The notes under the pieces are model-generated. The model was not told the origin of the DNA and did no database searches. It was given only the letters and a program-made list of their open reading frames with translations. From an uncultured delta proteobacterium (lineage in GTDB: Bacteria > Desulfobacterota > Binatia > Binatales > Binataceae), in contig CAVXXK010000001.1 of assembly GCA_963765675.1 (NCBI GenBank), forward strand, positions 512,001-576,000: a stretch of DNA of 64,000 nucleotides, given 5' to 3'. The stretch's first letter is position 1. The number at the start of each line of letters is the position of its first letter. The position numbers were made by a program, and so were the translations under genes. Shown one piece after another: positions 18,127 to 26,842 of the stretch.

Positions 18127-19001
18127 GTCTCCGCTCGATGCTGTTCGTGCCGGGCGACAGCGAGCGCAAGCTCGCCAAGGTCGCGGGTGGTCCGGCCGAC
18201 GCGCTGATCCTTGACCTGGAAGATTCAGTCGCCAAGGATCGTCTGCCACTCGCGCGCGGCATCGTCAGCGAATATCTGAAATCCTCACGCGACGGCGCGC
18301 GCGCACAGCAATTGTGGGTGCGGATAAATCCGCTCTCGACCGCCGACGCGCTGCCCGACCTCGCTGCGATCGTGGGCGGCGCTCCCGACGGTATCGTCGT
18401 TCCGAAAACCAATTCCGGCGCGGACGCGACCTTGCTCGATCATTACCTGACCGCGCTCGAGACGCGCGAAGGAGTCGAGGCCGGCAGCATCAAGATTCTA
18501 GCGGTGGCGACCGAAACTCCGGCCGCGATGTTCACGCTCGGGAGCTTCGCGGGATCGACGCCGCGTTTGTACGGCCTGACATGGGGCGCCGAGGACTTGC
18601 CGGCCGCGGTAGGAGCATCAACCAACCTCGACGATTCCGGCAACCTCGATTTCACCTATCAGCTTGCGCGCTCGCTGTGCCTGCTGGCCGCCACCGCGGC
18701 GGGGGTCGAGCCGCTCGACACTGTGTACACGGATTTCCGCGACGGCGCGGGTCTCATGAAGAACGCGCAGGCGGCGCGCCGCGCGGGTTTCACCGGCAAG
18801 GTTGCGATTCATCCGGACCAGGTGGAGATCATCAATCAGGCATTCACGCCGTCGGACGAAGACATCGCGCACGCCAGGCGGGTGATCGAGGCCTTCGCCT
18901 CGGGCTCGGGCGCAGGCACAGTGGCGCTCGATGGCAAGATGCTCGACATGCCGCATCTCAAACAGGCACACCGGGTGCTGGCGATAGCGAAGCAACGATA
19001 G
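18123..19001 (+). CDS. CitE-like CoA-ester lyase (HpcH/HpaI aldolase / citrate lyase beta family)
   Basis: [28 protein letters not shown] and GKVAIHPDQ; ATGA overlap with the MaoC gene. Confidence 0.93.
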   Translation: MSLRSMLFVPGDSERKLAKVAGGPADALILDLEDSVAKDRLPLARGIVSEYLKSSRDGARAQQLWVRINPLSTADALPDLAAIVGGAPDGIVVPKTNSGADATLLDHYLTALETREGVEAGSIKILAVATETPAAMFTLGSFAGSTPRLYGLTWGAEDLPAAVGASTNLDDSGNLDFTYQLARSLCLLAATAAGVEPLDTVYTDFRDGAGLMKNAQAARRAGFTGKVAIHPDQVEIINQAFTPSDEDIAHARRVIEAFASGSGAGTVALDGKMLDMPHLKQAHRVLAIAKQR

Positions 19002-19004
19002 CGT

Positions 19005-19574
19005 TCAGAGAAGCATTCCTCGGGTCTTCTCGCGCTTCCACGTTTTGAGCTCGGTGGTCCATTCGGCCGCTCGAGCCTTGCGCCGTTCCAGCGCCGCTTC
19101 CAGGATAGAGAGCACCTCTCGCCGCGCCTTAACTTCCGCTTCAAATGCCTTGATATTCGAGGTCCGGGTTTTCAACCTGTCTTCGAAATACCGTTTATTC
19201 TCTCGCTCGATCGCCATATTGATCCGCGCTTCATACTGCGGCCCAAAATGAATCGGAATGTACCTGGGGATTCCTGAACCTGCTTTGTCAGGATCAATAT
19301 CCAGCCACGAAAAGCGGCTCCCGGCCTTTTCCAGAGCTATCCGTGCTCCCTCTACGGCGAGCAACAAGGCTTGGAGCGCATCGACGCCGCCGGCACGCTG
19401 CACGCGCGAGTTGCCTATGCCCTCAATCGAGTAGGAGCATTCTCAGTGATCGCGCGATCGCTGTCGAGGAGCGCCGATCGATACTGTTACTTGCCGAATC
19501 TCCGGACCCATTTGTGTGAGAAGCCTTCGCGCGACGACGCGACCGATGGCGGATTTTCCACGGCGCTTTCGCAT
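19005..19574 (-). pseudogene. DUF6968-like hypothetical protein interrupted by an in-frame TGA (codon 44)
   Basis: AGGAG then ATG 19574: MRKRRGKSAIGRVVARRLL...VTVSIGAPRQRSRDH*ECSYSIEG...GVDALQALLLA; TGA at 19443-19445 where Trp is expected. Confidence 0.6.
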
Positions 19575-19665
19575 TAACACTCTCCTCGATCGCTAGCCGA
19601 AATCGGCGATCTACGATGCCATCCGAACCTCTCAAATTCCATATTTCAATAAGCGATGTGGGCTA

Positions 19666-19705
19666 TTTCCTTTCAAAATGCGTTCGACCTGATTTTGAAA
19701 GGAAA
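19666..19705. repeat. Perfect 14-bp inverted repeat with a 12-nt loop
   Basis: TTTCCTTTCAAAAT (19666-19679) / ATTTTGAAAGGAAA (19692-19705). Confidence 0.8.
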
Positions 19706-19771
19706 GGCACACACTAGCCCCGCGTTCAGAGGCGATCGATTGGTCCTATGGGGCCGGCCGTTTCGGCTCGA

Positions 19772-19803
19772 ACTTGACAGTGTCAAGTGTTCACGCTTAT
19801 GCT
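19772..19803 (+). promoter_or_regulatory. Sigma70-type promoter with a palindromic operator over the -35 element
   Basis: ACTTGACA-G-TGTCAAGT palindrome (19772-19788) contains TTGACA; TATGCT lies 18 nt downstream. Confidence 0.7.
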
Positions 19804-19845
19804 GATCCTCGAGCGGCAAGTGGCCCGCAAAGAGGAGCGCCGAGG

Positions 19846-21120
19846 ATGAAACCTTCAGAGTACGTCGCCCCGGACGGTTCTTGGATTAGGCCGGAAATTT
19901 TCTCCGACCCTGCCCTCTACGAACTGGAGAAGCAGCGCGTTTTCGGTCGGTCTTGGCTGCTGCTCGGCCACGTATCGCAACTGCCGAAGCCCGGCTCGTT
20001 CCTGCGAACCTATATGGGCGAGGAGTCCGTGCTCGTGACCCGAGACCGCAGCGGCAAGGTTCACGCCCATCTCAACACCTGTCGGCATCGCGGCTATCAA
20101 CTCTGCCAAGAAGATCGCGGAACCGCCCAGCGTTTTCAGTGCCGCTACCACGGCTGGACCTATGACAGCGATGGCAGCCTGGCAATCGTGCCCGGCGAAG
20201 AGTCGATTTACTATAAGGAGATCGACAAAGCGCAGTGGGGACTCGTGCCGGTCGCTCGCGTGGAGACCTACAAGGGACTGATCTTTGGCAATTTCGATCC
20301 GGATGCGCAGACGCTAGAGGCATTCCTCGGCGACATGGCGTGGTATCTCGACATCATTCTCGATCGCCGCGCGGGTGGCACCGAGCTGCTTGGGCCGCAG
20401 CGCTGGCGTATCGCGAGCAACTGGAAAGTCGTGGCGGAGAATCATTGTGGCGACGAATACCACGTCGGCTTCGCGCACGGTTCGGCCCTCCCTCGTGACC
20501 TGGGGGCAAATCGCGCCACGCCGTTGCCCTATGCACGCGAGGTTCGTCCCGGACTCGGCCATGGTCTCGGCGTCAACATCTTTCCGGACGAAATGTCGCC
20601 TCAGGATTACTTGAGGCTCACCATCGGCGGCTATCCTCCGCACGTGGTGGAATATCTGCTGGGGATCCAGGACGAGGTCGTGCAGCGGCTAGGTTCACAA
20701 CGCGCGCGTATCGGCCTGATCCATGGCGCGGTATGGCCGAATTTCGGAATGGTGCCGATCGTCAATTCTCTGCGCGTTATCCAGCCTCGCGGAATTGGCG
20801 AGGTAGAGATGTGGGCGTATAGCTTGGTCGATCGCGACGCGCCGCTCGATGTGAAGGCGTGGATATCAGGCCAGTCGGCCCGCACGTTCGGACCCGCCGG
20901 AAGTTTTGAGCAGGACGACGCCGGGAACTGGACCGCGGTAACTCATTCGAGCTGCGGGACCGAGGCGCGCAAGCAACGTCTCAATCTCCAGATGGGCGTC
21001 GGGCATGAAGAGCGCTCGGACCGCGTTCCCGGCGAGCTCGGCCTCACCGCGAGCGAGATCAATCAGCGCGGTTTCTATCTGCGATGGATGCGCGACATGT
21101 TCGAAGGAGCGTCGGCATGA
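19846..21120 (+). CDS. Rieske aromatic ring-hydroxylating dioxygenase, alpha subunit
   Basis: CRHRG...CRYHGW Rieske ligands; NWK..AEN..GDEYH....H and EQDD mononuclear iron site. Confidence 0.95.
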   Translation: MKPSEYVAPDGSWIRPEIFSDPALYELEKQRVFGRSWLLLGHVSQLPKPGSFLRTYMGEESVLVTRDRSGKVHAHLNTCRHRGYQLCQEDRGTAQRFQCRYHGWTYDSDGSLAIVPGEESIYYKEIDKAQWGLVPVARVETYKGLIFGNFDPDAQTLEAFLGDMAWYLDIILDRRAGGTELLGPQRWRIASNWKVVAENHCGDEYHVGFAHGSALPRDLGANRATPLPYAREVRPGLGHGLGVNIFPDEMSPQDYLRLTIGGYPPHVVEYLLGIQDEVVQRLGSQRARIGLIHGAVWPNFGMVPIVNSLRVIQPRGIGEVEMWAYSLVDRDAPLDVKAWISGQSARTFGPAGSFEQDDAGNWTAVTHSSCGTEARKQRLNLQMGVGHEERSDRVPGELGLTASEINQRGFYLRWMRDMFEGASA

Positions 21121-21650
21121 ACGAAGATTTCATTCGGCTCCTGCGGGTCCAGCAGTGGCTCTATCATGAGGCGCGCCTGCTCGACTCGCGGCGCTTCGAT
21201 TTGTGGCTCGATCTTCTGGATGAAGGAATCCGCTACCGCGTCCCCAGTCGTGCTTACATCAGGCAGGGACACGTCAAGGATTTCTCGACCTGGTCGGTGG
21301 ACCGCGAACTGGAAGTAGACGATGCGTTGGCACTGATCGACGATGACTTGTCCGGACTTCGCGCTCGAATCGAACGCCTCCAGAGCGGGATGGCATGGGC
21401 GGAGACGCCCCCGTCGATGGCTCGACGGCTGGTCAGCAACGTGATGATCATGGGCAGCGACGCGGACGGCCGCATGTCAGTGGTCAGCACGCTGTTCATG
21501 GCAAAGGTCCGCGGCGAGCAGCGCGTGCTCTTCACTGCGGAGCGGCGCGATCGGATTGTCCCCGCGGGCGACGATTTTCGTTTGCAGGAGCGCTACGTTG
21601 TTCTCGACGACGTGGTCTTGGCATCGGAAAATTTGTCGCTTCTCTTTTGA
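21117..21650 (+). CDS. Ring-hydroxylating dioxygenase, beta subunit
   Basis: LYHEARLLD...W, WAETPPS.ARRLVSNV and NLSLLF motifs; ATGA overlap with alpha. Confidence 0.93.
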   Translation: MNEDFIRLLRVQQWLYHEARLLDSRRFDLWLDLLDEGIRYRVPSRAYIRQGHVKDFSTWSVDRELEVDDALALIDDDLSGLRARIERLQSGMAWAETPPSMARRLVSNVMIMGSDADGRMSVVSTLFMAKVRGEQRVLFTAERRDRIVPAGDDFRLQERYVVLDDVVLASENLSLLF

Positions 21651-22255
21651 GCGGGTCGCGGCGCCTTCGCGCCTGCCTGGCTGAACATCTCGGATGTCAT
21701 GTCGATAAAGGACATGATCGAGATATCCGGAGATTTGACGCTCAGGGGACCGTCGAGCCAGATCGTCGCAACTCCGTGCGCAGCGGCCCATAGCGCATTC
21801 GCGATCTCCATCAGCCGCTTGTCATTTTTCGCGATGCCGGGATGGCATTCTGTGACTGTATCCACCAGCCGCTGGAACGACTGATTGGCTTGCTCGCGGG
21901 CTTCCGGGTGGCGTTTGAAGTCCACCAGCTCAGGCCGGAACATGATCGAGTAATGAACGGGATTCTCAATCGCAAAGATCATATAGGCGCGCAGGACGTT
22001 GCGGAGAATCTCCGCAGGACGCTTGCGACGGTCGCTTGCCCGGACTTCAAGAAGCCGCGCGTTTAGCCGCGTAAAGCCGTCGTGCGCGATCGCAGCAAGT
22101 ATCCCCTCGCGATTGGCGAAGTGGTGGTACGGGGTCTGGTGGCTCACTCCGGCGCGGCGCGACATCTCGCGAAAGCTCAGGCCGCCGAGACCCTGCTCGT
22201 CGATTAGACGTATGCTCTCATCGACAAGTCTTCGTTTGGACTCTGCTGCCTTCAT
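21593..22255 (-). CDS. TetR/AcrR regulator (WHG-type C-terminal domain)
   Basis: LSFREMSRRAGVSHQTPYHHF helix-turn-helix; LWAAAHG. Confidence 0.92.
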   Translation of the reverse strand: MKAAESKRRLVDESIRLIDEQGLGGLSFREMSRRAGVSHQTPYHHFANREGILAAIAHDGFTRLNARLLEVRASDRRKRPAEILRNVLRAYMIFAIENPVHYSIMFRPELVDFKRHPEAREQANQSFQRLVDTVTECHPGIAKNDKRLMEIANALWAAAHGVATIWLDGPLSVKSPDISIMSFIDMTSEMFSQAGAKAPRPAQKRSDKFSDAKTTSSRTT

Positions 22256-22284
22256 TGCTCGTGAACCATGACGCGTCCACCTCA

Positions 22285-22304
22285 GCCTGACATCGTCAAG
22301 TATA
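22285..22304 (-). promoter_or_regulatory. Second copy of the TGACA/TGTCAAGT operator, overlapping the -10 of the TetR gene
   Basis: GCCTGACATCGTCAAGT matches 19772-19788 at 13/17; TATACT on the minus strand overlaps it. Confidence 0.6.
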
Positions 22305-22346
22305 GCTGATTACAGACGAGAAAATACTTTCAAGGTTCCACAAATC

Positions 22347-22380
22347 GAAAGGCACCCGCCCGACGGCGGATGCCATTTTC
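22347..22380 (-). terminator. Probable intrinsic terminator after the DUF4142 gene
   Basis: GGCATCCGCC-GTCG-GGCGGGTGCC hairpin followed by a short T run on the minus strand. Confidence 0.55.
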
Positions 22381-22403
22381 ATTCTGACCAATAATTGGCG
22401 ATC

Positions 22404-22940
22404 TTACTTGGCTTTGTTGTTCGCCGGATTCTGATCGGAATCGGTCGATAGGTGATATTTCAGATTCTGCGCCATCGCCAGATGCGCCTGGAGCACGGGA
22501 AGCGTCTGCTGTATGTACAGTTCGACGTTAGGGTCACCCTTGAAGTCGCGCTGGGCGGTCTTGAAGGTGCTGATGGCTTCCTTATGCCCGGCGATCTGGT
22601 CATCCAGGTACGCGGCGTTGAAATCTCCGCCGTTCAGATCCTTGAGCTTGCTCTTTTCGCCCTTCGAGGCGTCCGTCCCCTCGAGCTTTACGTTGCGTTG
22701 CCGGGAGAGTGCCGAGACCGCATCCTCGTTGGCTTCGTGATCGCCGCGGATCGTTTCCGCGTAAGTCATCATCGCCTGGTTATCACCCGCTTTGTCTTTG
22801 GCGATCTTGGCGGTGGCAACTTCCTCGTAGTTCATCTGGTTGGCTTTGTTAAGGAGCACCCCCAAGTCTTGCGCCGAGGCAACTCCGGCAAAGGCGAACA
22901 GTAGAATTCCGATTCCGAACGGCACGATTTTCTTGATCAT
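22404..22940 (-). CDS. DUF4142 domain exported protein
   Basis: Signal peptide ending ASA; E..., DH..AN, FNAAYLDDQIAGH and TLPVLQAHL..A motifs; start refined. Confidence 0.88.
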   Translation of the reverse strand: MIKKIVPFGIGILLFAFAGVASAQDLGVLLNKANQMNYEEVATAKIAKDKAGDNQAMMTYAETIRGDHEANEDAVSALSRQRNVKLEGTDASKGEKSKLKDLNGGDFNAAYLDDQIAGHKEAISTFKTAQRDFKGDPNVELYIQQTLPVLQAHLAMAQNLKYHLSTDSDQNPANNKAK

Positions 22941-22971
22941 AATAAAATAGCCCCTGAAAAATCCCCTGGAG

Positions 22972-23139
22972 TCACTCCCGCGTGCTATCACGATCCTTTT
23001 GGTGCGATGCACGGCATTCTTCGTGGCCGCAGTGACAATCAGTCGCGCCTTCATCGCGCTCGCTCGACGCGCATTCGTTCGAGCAATACTTCTGGCCGGC
23101 CTTTGCTTCGCAACTGCATCGCTGATGACCACATTTCAT
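22972..23139 (-). CDS. Bacterial metallothionein-like Cys/His-rich peptide (55 aa)
   Basis: GGAG then ATG; MKCGHQRCSC...YCSNEC...CHCGHEEC, 8 Cys and 4 His. Confidence 0.75.
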   Translation of the reverse strand: MKCGHQRCSCEAKAGQKYCSNECASSERDEGATDCHCGHEECRASHQKDRDSTRE

Positions 23140-23320
23140 TTCAGATCTCCATCGGCGCGAATGGTTCAAGGGGGAGCAAGATACAGGCCGACTCCGACAA
23201 GATAAATTGTTTCCGTTGCGATTATGATTTCATCACATCCGGTATGGTTTACAGGTCGGTAAAATTTGCCGCATACCTATATTGAGACTTTGAGAGAGGC
23301 CTTTTATCCAGCCGCGGCGA

Positions 23321-23336
23321 TGGCACATCCAATGCT
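23321..23336 (+). promoter_or_regulatory. Candidate sigma54 (-24/-12) promoter
   Basis: TGGCAC-ATCCA-ATGCT gives GG-N10-GC, ending about 19 nt before the PA2169-family ATG. Confidence 0.4.
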
Positions 23337-23354
23337 GTCCCACGCGAGGCACAT

Positions 23355-23798
23355 ATGGATACCGCTGAAATACTACATAGTTTGATTTCCACCTGCGTCG
23401 ACAGCGAGAAGCGATATCGCCACGCAGCCAAAGACGTAGAACGCGCGAACCTGGAGGCATTTCTGAATCGCCAAGCGGATTCGCGTAAAAACGCGGCCTC
23501 GGCGCTCCAGGCCGAAAGGTACCGTCTCGGAATCGACGAAAAGAAATCGGGATCGGTCGCCGGCTTCGTGGATCGCGAGGCGCTGGATTTCAGCGTCATC
23601 ATGAGCAAGGGCGATACTGGGGTTATAGAATGGTGCCGCGAAGACGATGAAAAAGTCATCGGCGAATATCAGAAGGCATTAAGTGAAAATCTCTTGCCTG
23701 ATCTGCGTAAAACGATCGAGCATCAGCTCGCGCAGATTCGCGCTGCGGTCGCGAAAGAGGAAGACGTGCTGCGGCTATTCGGCGGCCCAAAATCATAA
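23355..23798 (+). CDS. PA2169 family (DUF2383) four-helix-bundle protein
   Basis: LHSLISTCVDSEKRYRHAA, G.....SGSVAG..R and E....ED.....Y..AL pattern. Confidence 0.82.
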   Translation: MDTAEILHSLISTCVDSEKRYRHAAKDVERANLEAFLNRQADSRKNAASALQAERYRLGIDEKKSGSVAGFVDREALDFSVIMSKGDTGVIEWCREDDEKVIGEYQKALSENLLPDLRKTIEHQLAQIRAAVAKEEDVLRLFGGPKS

Positions 23799-23845
23799 TC
23801 GATCCTGATCGATCGCGCGGTTCCTCCGCTGGGCAAAGGTGTCCC

Positions 23846-25501
23846 GTGGCGAATAAAAAGCTTTCGAAGTATCGGGCGAAGCGGGACTTCAACAAAACCG
23901 CCGAGCCAAGCGGCGATACCACGATCGCGCCTTCGCACCGTCTGCGCTACGTGATTCAGAAACACGCGGCCTCGCGGCTGCACTATGATTTCAGGCTCGA
24001 GCTCGATGGCGTGCTGAAATCGTGGGCCGTCACGCGAGGGCCTTCAATCGATCCGCATGACAAGCGCCTCGCGGTCGAGGTTGAGGATCATCCGCTCGAT
24101 TACGGCGATTTCGAAGGCACGATCCCCCAAGGGCAATACGGCGGGGGTTCCGTGCAGTTGTGGGATCGCGGCTATTGGACACCGGAAGAAAACTCGACTC
24201 CACAGGCCGCGCTCAAAGCCGGCAACCTGAAGTTCAACCTCGACGGTGAGCGGCTGCATGGAAGCTGGGTGCTGGTGCGGATGAAGCATGACCGGACCGG
24301 CGGCAAGCGCACCAACTGGCTGCTGATAAAGCATCGCGACGAATTCGCGCACGAGGGCGATAGCGACGCGTTGCTGAGCGACGACCGATCGGTCGCATCA
24401 GGCCGCCCGATGGCCGCGATCGCTGCGGGCAAGGGACGGGGACCGAAGCCATTCATTCTCAAAACCAAAAAGATCGCGGAAGCGGACGATACCTGGAATT
24501 CGAATCATAACGACGCGGCCGAACCGAGCCGCGCGCCAAGACGAACCCACGCACCGAAGGCCTCCAAATTGCGAAAACAATCGGCTGGCGACACTCTCGT
24601 AATGGGTGTTTCGATCTCCAAGCCGGACAAGGTGCTCTGGCCCGCAGACAGCGATAACGGACCGTTCACCAAGCTCGATCTGGCTCGCTACTACGAGGCG
24701 GCTGGGCCGCAAATGATCGAGCATCTGAAGGGACGTCCGTGCTCAATCGTACGGGCACCGGACGGGCTGGGCGGCCAACAATTCTTTCAGCGGCACGCGA
24801 TGCCGGGCTCGTCGAAGTTATTCGCGATGGTCAAAGTCGCGGGAATCGCCGAGCCGTATTTGCAGATAGATCGGGTCGAAGCGCTGGCCGAGGTTGCACA
24901 GATGGCCGGGCTGGAATTGCATCCGTGGAACTGCCAGCCGGGAGATCCCGAGGTGCCCGGACGCATCGTTTTCGATCTCGATCCGGCTGAAGATGTTGAC
25001 TTCGCGGCCGTGGTTGCGGGCGCACGGGAAATTCACGATCGGCTGGAAGCAGTCGGCCTCGTAAGCTTCTGCAAGACCACCGGCGGCAAGGGTTTGCACG
25101 TGGTGACGCCGCTTGCGCCAGCCAAAAAAGATCGAATCGACTGGGCCGCCGCAAAGGCTTTCGCGCGCGAAATCTGTTTGCAGATGGCAGCGGATAGTCC
25201 CGATCGTTATCTGACCAAAATGGCCAAGAAAGATCGCCCTGGGAAAATCTTCCTCGACTATCTGCGCAACGATCGCATGGCGACTGCCGTCGCGCCGCTA
25301 TCTCCGCGCGCTCGCGCCGGGGCTCCAGTGTCGATGCCGCTTTCATGGACGCAGGTCCGCCCCGGACTCGATCCGAAACGCTTCACGATTCGGACCGCGC
25401 CGGCTCTGCTTGTCCGGAGCACCGCGTGGCAAGATTACAGCGACGGCGAGCGGCCACTTTCTCCGGCGATCAAACGATTGAACAAAGCCAAGGCGGCGTG
25501 A
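23846..25501 (+). CDS. ligD: LigD-type 3'-phosphoesterase plus primase-polymerase fusion lacking the ligase domain
   Basis: PE domain: YRAKRDF..T.EP, VIQKHAASRLHYDFRLE, WDRG; POL domain: FFQRH, LELHPW, VFDLDP, KTTGGKGLH, IFLDYLRN. Confidence 0.88.
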   Translation: MANKKLSKYRAKRDFNKTAEPSGDTTIAPSHRLRYVIQKHAASRLHYDFRLELDGVLKSWAVTRGPSIDPHDKRLAVEVEDHPLDYGDFEGTIPQGQYGGGSVQLWDRGYWTPEENSTPQAALKAGNLKFNLDGERLHGSWVLVRMKHDRTGGKRTNWLLIKHRDEFAHEGDSDALLSDDRSVASGRPMAAIAAGKGRGPKPFILKTKKIAEADDTWNSNHNDAAEPSRAPRRTHAPKASKLRKQSAGDTLVMGVSISKPDKVLWPADSDNGPFTKLDLARYYEAAGPQMIEHLKGRPCSIVRAPDGLGGQQFFQRHAMPGSSKLFAMVKVAGIAEPYLQIDRVEALAEVAQMAGLELHPWNCQPGDPEVPGRIVFDLDPAEDVDFAAVVAGAREIHDRLEAVGLVSFCKTTGGKGLHVVTPLAPAKKDRIDWAAAKAFAREICLQMAADSPDRYLTKMAKKDRPGKIFLDYLRNDRMATAVAPLSPRARAGAPVSMPLSWTQVRPGLDPKRFTIRTAPALLVRSTAWQDYSDGERPLSPAIKRLNKAKAA

Positions 25502-26604
25502 TTTTGCCGCGAGCAGCCAGAAAGCCGGGCCGCAAAGGAATCGCGGGGCTGCCGGTGCCGCTCGCGACGCGTCCGATGGAAGCGCGGCTCGTGAGCGAGC
25601 TGCCGCGAGAGGCGGGATGGCAATTCGAACCCAAGTGGGACGGATTTCGATGCCTGGCGTTTCGCGCCGGTGATGAAATCGAACTTCGAGCCAAGTCGGG
25701 CAAAACTCTGGCACGCTACTTCCCAGAGGTTGTCGCGATGCTCGCCGCGCTTGCGCCCAAACGGTTCGTCGTCGATGGCGAGCTTGCCATCCCAATCGGC
25801 GAAACTCTCTCTTTCGATGCGTTGCAGGCTCGGTTACATCCTGCCGAAAGCCGCGTGCGCAAGTTGGCGGCAGAGACGCCGGCAATTTTCCTTTTATTCG
25901 ACTGCCTGATGTCCACCGAGGGAGCGAGTCTCATGGACTCGCCGCTAACGGACCGACGCGCCGCGCTCGAAGAATTTTTCGCTTCCACAAAGCGTGAACC
26001 GGCGCTGAAGCTGACACCTTACACTCGCGAATATTCCACGGCTCGGCGATGGCTGGATTACACTGGTGGCGTGCTCGACGGAGTAGTCGCCAAGCGCATC
26101 GACGGGCGTTACCTGCCCGGTGAACGGGCGATGCTCAAGCTCAAGCGGGTGCGCACCGCGGATTGCGTGGTCGGCGGTTTCCGATATGAGCAGGGAAAAC
26201 GCGAGGTGGGTTCGTTGTTGCTCGGCCTCTACAACAAGGATGGCGAGCTTGATCACGTCGGATTTACTTCCTCGATCAGCTACGCTGAACGAAAGGCGCT
26301 GACCCGCCGGCTCGAGGCGTTGGTCGCGAAGCCGGGTTTCACGGGAAACGCCCCGGGCGGCCCGAGTCGATGGAGCACGGAACGCAGCGGGGATTGGCAG
26401 CCGCTGCGCCCCAAGCTGGTCGTGGAAGTTCGCTACGATCAAGTCACCGCGAACCGGTTTCGTCACGGCACACGGCTGATCCGCTGGCGGCCGGACAAAG
26501 CGCCCGAGCAATGCACCTTCGATCAAATCGAGCGCGAAGCGACGCCCGCGAAATTGATAACGGAGACGCTCGATCGCTCGGCGAAGGCGCGGCGCCGGCG
26601 CTGA
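25498..26604 (+). CDS. ligC: ATP-dependent DNA ligase, LigC type
   Basis: EPKWDGFR, VDGE, FDALQARLHPA.SR, DGVVAK, GGPSRWS and RFRHG....RWRPDK; GTGA overlap with ligD (start could instead be ATG 25577). Confidence 0.9.
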   Translation: MILPRAARKPGRKGIAGLPVPLATRPMEARLVSELPREAGWQFEPKWDGFRCLAFRAGDEIELRAKSGKTLARYFPEVVAMLAALAPKRFVVDGELAIPIGETLSFDALQARLHPAESRVRKLAAETPAIFLLFDCLMSTEGASLMDSPLTDRRAALEEFFASTKREPALKLTPYTREYSTARRWLDYTGGVLDGVVAKRIDGRYLPGERAMLKLKRVRTADCVVGGFRYEQGKREVGSLLLGLYNKDGELDHVGFTSSISYAERKALTRRLEALVAKPGFTGNAPGGPSRWSTERSGDWQPLRPKLVVEVRYDQVTANRFRHGTRLIRWRPDKAPEQCTFDQIEREATPAKLITETLDRSAKARRRR

Positions 26605-26842
26605 TCTCGATACTTCCCTATTTGGTAGGGAAGCCAGCAAGAGATGGCCATTTATTCCCCGCCCGATTCGCCACTAGTCCTCACGATTCGCGAACTGGCG
26701 ATCGGAAAATCTAAAAGATTTACATGGGCTGCTACCCAATTGTCGTACTCGATCAGGCGATCGGCGCCGCACCTTTTGTCCGACGATTGAATCCGAAAAC
26801 CGATATGCTTGGTTGAGAGAGCGTGTCTGGAGTCACGTGCCG

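Noticed and set aside
19443-19445. Selenocysteine or genetic-code reassignment at the in-frame TGA
   Set aside because: The context fits Trp, no SECIS is evident, and TGA terminates many genes in this window.
26613-26633. CTTCCCTA/TAGGGAAG hairpin after ligC (and a similar one at 50948-50970 after recD)
   Set aside because: Neither has a following U-tract, so they cannot be supported as terminators.
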